A DNA stretch of 64,000 nt from a virus. The stretch lies in the IMG/VR virus record IMGVR_UViG_3300020452_000254, positions 11,635 to 75,634 of that record, one strand, 5' to 3'. Of this stretch, positions 20,952-28,354 are shown piece by piece. How positions within the stretch are numbered: the stretch's first letter is position 1; each line of letters opens with the position of its first letter. The translations under genes were made by a program, and so were the position numbers. The notes below the pieces were generated by a model that did no database searches, had not been told where the DNA came from, and saw nothing but the letters and a program-made list of their open reading frames with translations.

Positions 20952-21092
20952 TTAAAATATCCATACTAAAATAGATGTAAATATTACACCTTTCATAAAA
21001 CAAAACCATGCTAAACCATATTCATCCATATCACACACATCCATGAAGTTCATCATCATTTCTTTGTGAATATCTAAAATATTTTTTATCAT
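20952..21092 (-). CDS. Small membrane protein (46 aa)
   Basis: MIKNILDIHKEMMMNFMDVCDMDEYGLAWFCFMKGVIFTSILVWIF, with RBS GGAGAA. Confidence 0.6.
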   Translation of the reverse strand: MIKNILDIHKEMMMNFMDVCDMDEYGLAWFCFMKGVIFTSILVWIF

Positions 21093-21116
21093 ATATTCTC
21101 CATTCTTATTTAATAT

Positions 21117-21243
21117 TTAGGAGTCCCAAAAAAGTCTTAGGAGTCCCATAACATAATATAATAGCTTACTATTTCTAGTAAAAAACTTCCCAGAATAAAA
21201 TAGGGGGTGTCAAAGGCCCAATAAAAAAAATCTAGGAGTCCCA
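21117..21243 (+). repeat. Iteron-like direct repeats (T/C)TAGGAGTCCCA
   Basis: Copies at 21117, 21137 and 21232 in intergenic DNA. Further copies at 20851 and a near copy at 20668. Confidence 0.8.
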
Positions 21244-21279
21244 AGCCACTGTGGCCTCAGAGATTCTCAGAGACTACTC

Positions 21280-22848
21280 TTAGACATCCTCTCTTTCTGG
21301 TTGCTCGAAAGTATCTGGTATAATATTAAAGCCATCTGAGGTACAACTGAGTTGCATCTCTAGTCCATGTGCAATACTACCTGTCCAAGTGATACCTTCT
21401 ATCAACAAACTACCATTATGTGTCAACTCATCACCTGTCTTACCTATAGATGTTTGTGTTATGTTAACATCAATCATCATACCACATGATAGGTCTGTTC
21501 GTCCAGCAATCTGCATATTAATTCTATTAGTTGCAAAGAGTGCTTCAACTCTTTCTCTATTTAACTTGACATTGACTGCACCATTTGATATACTGGCATC
21601 AGATATACTCTCATCTGCTACAACAGTGTCACTCATCTTGTGAGGAGAGTCATAGTCAAAGTCTACTGCACTACCATATCTCTTGGTGATAGGGTCACTC
21701 TTGAAACCCACTGGGGCAGTCTCTGCGACCTCACCATGAATAAACCCACCATCATTAGGTATTCGTATACTCTCTGCACCAAGTCTAAAAGGGGCTCCAA
21801 CACTTATCTGAGCATCTGTATATTTACCTGTCTCTGACTCATCCATCTTAAATTGTTGAGTAAATTCGTTATCTATTGTTGTCAACTGCTTGGTAACTGT
21901 GTTATAATTGTTCACAGATGCACTATAGAGTCCTCTCTTGTGGTTTTTAAGTGTATTATACATGTTTATCTTGTTGTAGTCTAGTATATCCCACTTCATA
22001 CTCTGTTTATTCTCACGATTTAACATAATATTGGGTGAACTATCTCTTATTTCGAACTTATAACCACCATCAAGGTACTTTAGAGTCTTCATAGAGGTAA
22101 TATTATGGTATCTGAACCCCTTAGTACATGTCTGATAGAGGTAATAAGAGTCACCATAGGGCATAGACTCCTCTGTTGGGTCTGAGGTGTGGTCTCTCAA
22201 GTATCTCAGAGTCTTATTCACAGTCCAATTAGGACATAGGAATGCATGGGTCTCTCCTACAGTACCACTCATCACACTGAAATAAGTACCGAGTTCCTTC
22301 CCCCCCTTCACGAGGGGTTTCAAAGAGTTTTCATCAGTATTATTTAATTGTTTTTGTTCTGTTTCTGAGGGAAAAAATAAATGGTCTTTGAATATTTGAT
22401 TGATTATTTGTCCATTAGTCCCAGAGAAATGCTGAGATATTCTCTTAGTTTGTGCTTCATACATCAGAGGACTACAAAATCTGAGTCCATATACAGTCTT
22501 ATTTAAGTCACCTTGATTGTCTCTTAGATAGGATGCAAGTTCATATACACGAAATACTTGATTAATATGGTCTAATTCTTCCTCTTCCTCATCATTCCCT
22601 ACCATACCACAGAAATGTATTCGAATATATTCTTGTCCAGTAAACATTATTCTATTAAATATATTCACATTATCTGCAAGTGTTATAGACCCCTGTAGGA
22701 ATATATCGTATATACTCTCAGATATCTCAAAAGAGTCTACTAAATCAGTAACATCATACTGTTGACCCTCATTATTACTGATAACTACATTAATTAATCT
22801 ATATGCACTTGGATTGTTATATCCTAAAACATTCTGTTGTTGACTCAT
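21280..22848 (-). CDS. Putative baseplate hub protein (gp27-like)
   Basis: FEISESIY..FLQGSITLAD...GQEYIRIHF and PNW motifs, and GRTDLSCGMMIDV near the C-terminus. Lies between gp53 and gp5. Confidence 0.6.
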   Translation of the reverse strand: MSQQQNVLGYNNPSAYRLINVVISNNEGQQYDVTDLVDSFEISESIYDIFLQGSITLADNVNIFNRIMFTGQEYIRIHFCGMVGNDEEEEELDHINQVFRVYELASYLRDNQGDLNKTVYGLRFCSPLMYEAQTKRISQHFSGTNGQIINQIFKDHLFFPSETEQKQLNNTDENSLKPLVKGGKELGTYFSVMSGTVGETHAFLCPNWTVNKTLRYLRDHTSDPTEESMPYGDSYYLYQTCTKGFRYHNITSMKTLKYLDGGYKFEIRDSSPNIMLNRENKQSMKWDILDYNKINMYNTLKNHKRGLYSASVNNYNTVTKQLTTIDNEFTQQFKMDESETGKYTDAQISVGAPFRLGAESIRIPNDGGFIHGEVAETAPVGFKSDPITKRYGSAVDFDYDSPHKMSDTVVADESISDASISNGAVNVKLNRERVEALFATNRINMQIAGRTDLSCGMMIDVNITQTSIGKTGDELTHNGSLLIEGITWTGSIAHGLEMQLSCTSDGFNIIPDTFEQPEREDV

Positions 22849-22852
22849 AGTA

Positions 22853-23608
22853 TTATACTCTTATGAAACTTTTGAATTCTCTTAGTATCTCTTCGACAAA
22901 CTCTAGTTTAATGTATCTGATACTTCTCTTATCGTCATTAAACTTTTGCTCATATACCTTGTTAGATACTGGTGTATTACCTGTACTTATAGTCGTTTTA
23001 ATACCCTCTGAGGTCTCGTAATGGTGAGGAGAGTCTTCGAAATTCCGAACCGAACTGAGAGTAAAACTCTTGGACGACTTCGACCCTGTGACTGTTTCAT
23101 TGTTGATGAATGTTCCCTGTATATCGTTTAATACTAGTTGATTATTGGTAGGGTCTATCTTGATGACAAATCCAAATGCCGAACTGGTAGAACCTACTAC
23201 CTTTTCCCCCATCGTGAATGTATGAGGTATTGGTTGATTATTTTCATCTGTATCTGGGTTCTTTGTGATATCTGTTTGAAATTCAGATACTAATGCTTTA
23301 CCAGAATACTTTCTTTTTGTATATTTTTCTAGTATTCTTTGTGACATAGGCCAGTCATTATAGGTTGCAAGGTGGTCGTTTACCATCCAAAACAACCAGT
23401 ATAGTGTAGGGTCTGCATATAATTTGGTTGCAAGTACATCTGGTCTATCCTGTTCTCCGATATAATAATATTCATGACCAGTAATACCTTCTAATGCATT
23501 ACCTTGTATACGAATATTTCTAAATATATCCTTTGCTTTGATTAAATTACCATCATTCTTAAGGTCGAAATTAATGGTTGGAAAGTGTTTAAAGTAATTT
23601 TGTGGCAT
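22853..23608 (-). CDS. gp53: Baseplate wedge protein gp53
   Basis: YFKHFPTI, KDIFR, DRPDVLA.KLYADP.LYWLF.MVN and WPMS motifs. Confidence 0.9.
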   Translation of the reverse strand: MPQNYFKHFPTINFDLKNDGNLIKAKDIFRNIRIQGNALEGITGHEYYYIGEQDRPDVLATKLYADPTLYWLFWMVNDHLATYNDWPMSQRILEKYTKRKYSGKALVSEFQTDITKNPDTDENNQPIPHTFTMGEKVVGSTSSAFGFVIKIDPTNNQLVLNDIQGTFINNETVTGSKSSKSFTLSSVRNFEDSPHHYETSEGIKTTISTGNTPVSNKVYEQKFNDDKRSIRYIKLEFVEEILREFKSFIRV

Positions 23609-25131
23609 TATTGACCCTCTCTAAGTTTAATAACATAATTGTTTACTTTGCTGAATTGGGCCCCTGTTGTCTGTTTCAATACAATTTCATATTTGTGATG
23701 GTCTTTCATTTGAACTAATGCTTCTTTGGCTTTAGCTTCAGTAGAATGCACCTGCCCAACCTTTCTATAGGATTGAAATTCATTAAATTCAATATCACTT
23801 CCATCTCCTATACTAATCTCTTCATTTGTTTTATTGAATCCCTCATCGTCAGCTCTTCCAGCTTCAATATTAATCATATCTTCTATTGTATCTAACTGAG
23901 CAGCACCCATTGCATCTGGAGCAACTCTTGCATTGTATCTATGTCTGTCAAGTTGTAATATCTCTTTAAATGTAAGTGTTAATGTAATACCATTTGGATA
24001 ATGAGTAATATTACCTGCTTTGTCTGCATTCCCCAAATTAGGGTCATTAGGTTGTGGAACATTTATATCTTCAATAAATGACATATCTTTACCACCAGAA
24101 TAGTCTACATCTACAGTTGAAAGGAAACAAGTTTGTGGATGTTCTATGTTTCCTAATATAGGCCCTTTAAAATTAATTTCAAATTCAGCTGGTAATATTT
24201 TTAATCTTGGATTAAATGCAGATGAAGTTGGTAATGATAACATTTTAAGTGTTTGAACGATTTTAGTTATTTCTTGTGCATCTTCTATATTATATGGATT
24301 TAAATTAAATGTATAAGTATGGTCTCTTAAAGATACTCCTTGAAATAAATTAAATTTGGGCATATTACCCACAACACCTTCTTGTAATGGTCTAAATGAT
24401 ATCATATTATTCGCTGCATTTTTCCATGCTTCTTTAAATCCATCTCCCATTGCATGAAGTGAATTTACCGCGATCGATTCATCAAACCTACCTTTACCAA
24501 ATAAAGAGTTTATTATAGTATCTCCAATACCAACTTCTTTTGTTTCATATTCTACACTAATAACATCTTTAACACTATTAGGGAAATATAATGCAATAGT
24601 ATAACCTTCATTCCATCTATGACCAGAATATGCTTCAAAAGTTTTTTTAGCATTTCTTTGGGCTACCATATCATTAGGTTTTACAAATCCTGCTGATGCC
24701 ATTCTAGCATTGATTGCAGCTGCACCATCTTTTTCTCCATCTTTTACTGTCCCTGTAATATGTTGTGCATCAATTCTTCTATCAAGAGTTCTGAATACAA
24801 TCCAGTTGTCAACAAATCTTTGGTCATCTGTAGGGAATCTTAGAGTTTGTTCACTACGAGGTGGTGAATACATTGAACTTCCAGTATCAGCTTCTCCACC
24901 CTCTTGAGCTTCTTTGGCCATCTTTTTTCTAAACTCTGCAGCTTGTGTTGCTTCTTCTGTAATTTTTGTTGGAATATTTGATATTTGTATACCAGTTTTC
25001 ATTGCAATTAAATCATCTAATGCACCAGATATTTTTGAGTTAAACAATTGCTGTTTTCCACCTAATGCAGAATTAAGGTCTTCTTTGACTGACCCTAATA
25101 TGTTTGATTTAAGTTTGTTAAAAAATCCCAT
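23608..25131 (-). CDS. gp48: Baseplate tail-tube cap gp48
   Basis: IALYFP, FQGVSLRDHTYTFNL.P, LPAEFEI.F, CFLSTVDVDYS and LTLTFKE motifs. Upstream of gp53. Confidence 0.75.
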   Translation of the reverse strand: MGFFNKLKSNILGSVKEDLNSALGGKQQLFNSKISGALDDLIAMKTGIQISNIPTKITEEATQAAEFRKKMAKEAQEGGEADTGSSMYSPPRSEQTLRFPTDDQRFVDNWIVFRTLDRRIDAQHITGTVKDGEKDGAAAINARMASAGFVKPNDMVAQRNAKKTFEAYSGHRWNEGYTIALYFPNSVKDVISVEYETKEVGIGDTIINSLFGKGRFDESIAVNSLHAMGDGFKEAWKNAANNMISFRPLQEGVVGNMPKFNLFQGVSLRDHTYTFNLNPYNIEDAQEITKIVQTLKMLSLPTSSAFNPRLKILPAEFEINFKGPILGNIEHPQTCFLSTVDVDYSGGKDMSFIEDINVPQPNDPNLGNADKAGNITHYPNGITLTLTFKEILQLDRHRYNARVAPDAMGAAQLDTIEDMINIEAGRADDEGFNKTNEEISIGDGSDIEFNEFQSYRKVGQVHSTEAKAKEALVQMKDHHKYEIVLKQTTGAQFSKVNNYVIKLREGQ

Positions 25132-25175
25132 ATAAATACTCCTAAGTATATTTAGTTATGTATAAGGTATTTATA
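25131..25175. promoter_or_regulatory. Pair of divergent late promoters: TATAAATA at 25131-25138 (+, gp4) and 25168-25175 (-, gp48)
   Basis: Exact T4 late consensus on both strands at the ends of the 43-nt gap. Confidence 0.8.
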
Positions 25176-25606
25176 TGAGTTACAAGGGAAGATTTAAACC
25201 AAAACAATATAAAAAGTATAAAGGTGACCCTACGAAGATTGTTTATCGTTCTATGTGGGAGTTAAGGTTTATGAAATATTGTGATAAGACTCCTAGCATA
25301 TTAGAATGGTCTAGTGAAGAGATTGTAATACCCTATCGTGGATTAGATAAAAAGATTCATCGTTATTTCCCAGACTTCTGGATAAAATATAAAAATGCTC
25401 AAGGTAATATTCTATGTGAAGTTATAGAAGTAAAACCTAAAAGACAAACACAAAGACCTATCAAGAAAAATAAACCTTATGGTAAATACTTAAAAGAATC
25501 AAGAACTTATGGTATTAATCAATTAAAGTGGGAAGCTGCAAGAGAATATTGCAAAGATAGAAACTACAAATTTAGAATACTAACAGAAGACCATCTTGTT
25601 AAATAA
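25175..25606 (+). CDS. gp4: Head completion protein gp4
   Basis: YKGRFKP...KYKGDP..IVYRS.WE..FM..CD, WSSEE, HRYFPDF and EVKP motifs. Confidence 0.95.
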   Translation: MSYKGRFKPKQYKKYKGDPTKIVYRSMWELRFMKYCDKTPSILEWSSEEIVIPYRGLDKKIHRYFPDFWIKYKNAQGNILCEVIEVKPKRQTQRPIKKNKPYGKYLKESRTYGINQLKWEAAREYCKDRNYKFRILTEDHLVK

Positions 25607-25607
25607 A

Positions 25608-25742
25608 CGAAACCCCAAGTCCTTCTAACTCTTCAGCAGGTAACTTGGGGTCTCTGGGTTAGGTCTGTTATCTCACAATCGTTATTTGTTTTTGACTCCA
25701 TTTTTCAGGCAAGGGAACGACACCTCGACTTTCCTAACTTAC
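25608..25742 (-). ncRNA. Candidate small RNA with its own sigma70 promoter and intrinsic terminator
   Basis: TTGACA-18-TATAAT at 25778-25749. Closing stem GTTAG..GTC/GACCTAAC. Terminal hairpin GAGACCCCAAGT/ACTTGGGGTTTC followed by GTTTATTT. Confidence 0.55.
25609..25654. terminator. Strong hairpin, probably a bidirectional terminator, after gp4
   Basis: GAAACCCCAAGT...ACTTGGGGTCTC inverted repeat starting 3 nt after the gp4 stop. Confidence 0.65.
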
Positions 25743-25748
25743 AAATGT

Positions 25749-25778
25749 ATTATAACAAATTATGTACCTACCTGTCAA
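25749..25778 (-). promoter_or_regulatory. Sigma70-type promoter, class A (TTGACA-nn-TAGGTACA-n8-TATAAT)
   Basis: Perfect -35 and -10 boxes with an 18-nt spacer. The spacer motif is shared with the promoters at 39029, 45660 and 46834. Confidence 0.75.
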
Positions 25779-25783
25779 TGTGG

Positions 25784-25791
25784 TATAAATA
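25784..25791 (+). promoter_or_regulatory. Late promoter for gp2
   Basis: TATAAATA 5 nt before ATG 25797. Confidence 0.75.
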
Positions 25792-25796
25792 CATGT

Positions 25797-26381
25797 ATGG
25801 CAGGTAAACTATTTGATAAATTAGAAAGAGAAGCATTTCGTGGTGGTATCCAAGCTAGAACTAAGGAGTCCATGAGATGGTTTCGTACTCGTGTAGCTCA
25901 AATAAAAGGTGTAAGTAGACAAGAACTGTTAAGAGATGCAAAGACTAGAAAGAGACAAATCTTTGGTGACATGTATATGTACATGTATGACCCAAAACAT
26001 AAAAAAACCTTACCTTACTATGATAGGTTTCCATTGTGTATACCAGTAGAACCTGCTAAAGGTGGATTTTATGGATTGAATCTGCATTATCTACCACATA
26101 CATTACGAGCACAGTTTTTAGATGCATTGTATAATACAACAAATAACGATAAATATGATGCAACAACAAGATTTAAATTAACATATCAATTGTTAAAAGG
26201 TATCAGTGGTAAACCTTATTATAAAGCATGTTATAAACATTACCTCTCATCTAATGTAAGAAGTGCATTTGCAAAAGTAGATAGTGCAGACTGGGAAATT
26301 GCAATCTTCTTACCAATAGAATCATTTAAAAAGGCAAGTGTTGGAACAGTCTGGAAAGAAAGTAGGAAAAAAGTCGTATGA
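25797..26381 (+). CDS. gp2: DNA end protector protein gp2
   Basis: YDPKHKKTLPYYDRFPL, GLNLHYLP, KHYL and WEIAIFLPIESF motifs. Start moved to MAGKLF, just after the late promoter. Confidence 0.92.
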   Translation: MAGKLFDKLEREAFRGGIQARTKESMRWFRTRVAQIKGVSRQELLRDAKTRKRQIFGDMYMYMYDPKHKKTLPYYDRFPLCIPVEPAKGGFYGLNLHYLPHTLRAQFLDALYNTTNNDKYDATTRFKLTYQLLKGISGKPYYKACYKHYLSSNVRSAFAKVDSADWEIAIFLPIESFKKASVGTVWKESRKKVV

Positions 26382-27007
26382 AAATAGACAGATTTAGAAG
26401 TAAAATTGATAACTTATCAAGAGCAAATAGATACAATGTATCTTTCTTTGGAACTGGTGGAAAAACCACTGGTCTCTCAATTAGAGGTACAAGGTGTGAG
26501 TCTGCAACATTACCTGGCCGAGGGTTCTTTGCAGTAGAAGATTCAGAATATGGGCCTAAAAGAGCAATACCACATAAACCACAATATGATGCATTTGATT
26601 GTACATTCTATATGACAAATGACATGGAAGATAGAGAGTTAATTGAAATTTGGATGAATCAAATAAATGGATTTGATGGTGGAAACTTTCATAGTAAATT
26701 TCATGACGATTACAGAGGTATCATATATGTTGAAGCACTTAACATGCATGGAAGACCTAATTATCGTTGTATGATGGCAGATGCATTTCCGATGCAGTTG
26801 GGTGTAATTAATTTAGGTTATGCAAACACAGACATTCTTAAATTTAATGCACAATTTAGGTATAGACACTGGGTTGGTGAATTTATGAACTCAAAACAAA
26901 AAGGTTTAATTACTGGGTTCATGGGTAAACACCTAAATAAATTAGATAGAAAGATTAGAAACAAAATTGAAGAAGACATGTTTGGAGACTTGGATTCTTT
27001 TTATTAA
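26378..27007 (+). CDS. Tail tube initiator / tube-fold protein (gp54/gp19-like)
   Basis: SRANRYNV, CESATLPGR, AFP and QFRYRHW tube-fold motifs. Follows gp2. Confidence 0.7.
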   Translation: MKIDRFRSKIDNLSRANRYNVSFFGTGGKTTGLSIRGTRCESATLPGRGFFAVEDSEYGPKRAIPHKPQYDAFDCTFYMTNDMEDRELIEIWMNQINGFDGGNFHSKFHDDYRGIIYVEALNMHGRPNYRCMMADAFPMQLGVINLGYANTDILKFNAQFRYRHWVGEFMNSKQKGLITGFMGKHLNKLDRKIRNKIEEDMFGDLDSFY

Positions 27008-27031
27008 GGTAAATAATGATAGGAGTATATT

Positions 27032-27766
27032 ATGGGATTACCAAGACTTAACACTGTTGAGTATTTTGAGACATTACCTGTTTCAAAGATAGAAGTAAAG
27101 TACAGACCTTTTAATGTAGGTGAACAAAAAGTACTATTACAAGCAATAGAAGAGGGTGAACAAAAAGCCATCTCTAATGCATTAATATCTTTGTTGAGGG
27201 TATGTTCAGATTTACAAGATAGTCGTTTGAAAATAGAACAACTAAGTAATACAGATTTAGAATGGTTGTTTGTTAAAATAAGAGCTAAATCTGTAGGTGA
27301 AAACACCAAGATATTGTTAGGATGTATTGACCAACCTACTTGTGATGGACAATCAGAAATAGATGTTAACTTTAATGACCTTGAAATTGAAGGAGAAGTT
27401 AAAGATGGTAAAATACAACTAACAGACAATATTGGTGTAGTTATAAGAGTACCTAGTTACAATGATGTAGATAGAGTTCTCGATATAGGTATTGCTGATG
27501 GAGAAATGTCTACATCAATTGTATATAAATTGTTAAATAAATGTATTCTACAAGTTTTTGATGCAGATAATGTTTATGATACAAAAGAATTTACTGAACA
27601 AGAAATAGATGATTTTATTAATGAATTATCTGTTAATCAGTTTAATGTAATCATGGAATGGTTCAGTTCAGTTCCTAAATTAGTTTATAATGCAGAGTTT
27701 TCATGTAGTAAGTGTGGGAAAGAACAAACCCAACAACTTACTGGGTTACAGAATTTTTTCGTATAG
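27032..27766 (+). CDS. gp26: Baseplate hub assembly protein gp26
   Basis: MGLP, YRPFNVGEQKVLL, DLEWLFVKIRAKSVGE, PKL, CxxC and GLQNFF motifs. Confidence 0.9.
   Translation: MGLPRLNTVEYFETLPVSKIEVKYRPFNVGEQKVLLQAIEEGEQKAISNALISLLRVCSDLQDSRLKIEQLSNTDLEWLFVKIRAKSVGENTKILLGCIDQPTCDGQSEIDVNFNDLEIEGEVKDGKIQLTDNIGVVIRVPSYNDVDRVLDIGIADGEMSTSIVYKLLNKCILQVFDADNVYDTKEFTEQEIDDFINELSVNQFNVIMEWFSSVPKLVYNAEFSCSKCGKEQTQQLTGLQNFFV
27754..27760 (+). other. Putative -1 programmed ribosomal frameshift site, T TTT TTC
   Basis: X XXY YYZ heptamer in the gp26 frame, one codon before its stop. The -1 frame is the gp51 ORF. Confidence 0.65.
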
Positions 27767-27948
27767 CCCTTTCTCATGATACTCTTGCAAATTACATTCA
27801 GACTAATTTTGGGTTAATCCAACATCACAGTTGGTCATTAACAGAACTGGACTCAATGTTGCCATGGGAAAGGGAGATATATGTATCTCTCTTAGTACAA
27901 TTCCTTGAAGATGAGGAGTTGAAGATGAAACAATCACAAAATAAATAA
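27760..27948 (+). CDS. gp51: Baseplate hub assembly catalyst gp51, probably expressed as a -1 frameshift extension of gp26
   Basis: YIQTNFGLIQHHSWSLTELDSMLPWEREIYVSLL is the gp51 signature. There is no ATG ahead of the conserved part. Confidence 0.85.
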   Translation, partial: RIALSHDTLANYIQTNFGLIQHHSWSLTELDSMLPWEREIYVSLLVQFLEDEELKMKQSQNK

Positions 27949-27960
27949 TAGGAGAGTATT

Positions 27961-28341
27961 ATGGGTGACGATAGAGAAAGGTTTGGTGGTGATATGTCAC
28001 GAAACGAAGTGGAGATGGACTTAAGCAAGTTCATGGAGATGATTCAAGAGAATGGTGCTTTAAAGGATGAGATAAGAGACCTTAAAGCGAACGACACAGT
28101 AAATCCATGGCAGAAGTGGGTTCACCTTGCAAGAACAGTTGATGCATGGAGAATTTGGCCTCGTGCATTTTTAAGTGTTTACATATTCTTAGTGTATTAC
28201 GCTGCAATATGGTTTATGGACTTACCAGAACCATCGATGGAACAATCTGGTCTTATCAGTATATTGGTAGGTGCTGGAGCTGCATGGTTTGGACTATATG
28301 TCAATTCCGCTGCAAAAGAACACGATACAAACAACAAATAG
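27961..28341 (+). CDS. Two-TM membrane protein, possibly holin-like
   Basis: DAWRIWPR, then TM1, WFMDLPEP, then TM2 (GAGAAWFGLYV). RBS GGAG. Confidence 0.5.
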   Translation: MGDDRERFGGDMSRNEVEMDLSKFMEMIQENGALKDEIRDLKANDTVNPWQKWVHLARTVDAWRIWPRAFLSVYIFLVYYAAIWFMDLPEPSMEQSGLISILVGAGAAWFGLYVNSAAKEHDTNNK

Positions 28342-28354
28342 GTAGTAAAGACTC

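Noticed and set aside
21208-21213. TTGACA (minus strand) as the promoter of the panD cassette
   Set aside because: There is no -10 box at 16-18 nt spacing.
20851-21243. CRISPR mini-array formed by the TAGGAGTCCCA repeats
   Set aside because: The repeats are only 11-12 bp with irregular spacing (20, 95 and 266 bp), and no cas genes are present.
25175-25606. TnsA-like transposase or mobile element
   Set aside because: The fold is shared with T4 gp4, the synteny fits gp4, and there are no terminal repeats.
25608-25742. tmRNA or tRNA identity for the ncRNA candidates
   Set aside because: No T-arm GTTCRA, acceptor stem with CCA, or ANDENYALAA-like tag was seen. I found no tRNA anywhere in the window.
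25686-25796. N-terminal extension of gp2
   Set aside because: It overlaps the promoters. The late promoter directly precedes ATG 25797.
27712-27759. GTG start for gp51 as given in the ORF track
   Set aside because: It has no convincing RBS and the added residues lie inside gp26. A -1 frameshift explains the ORF better.
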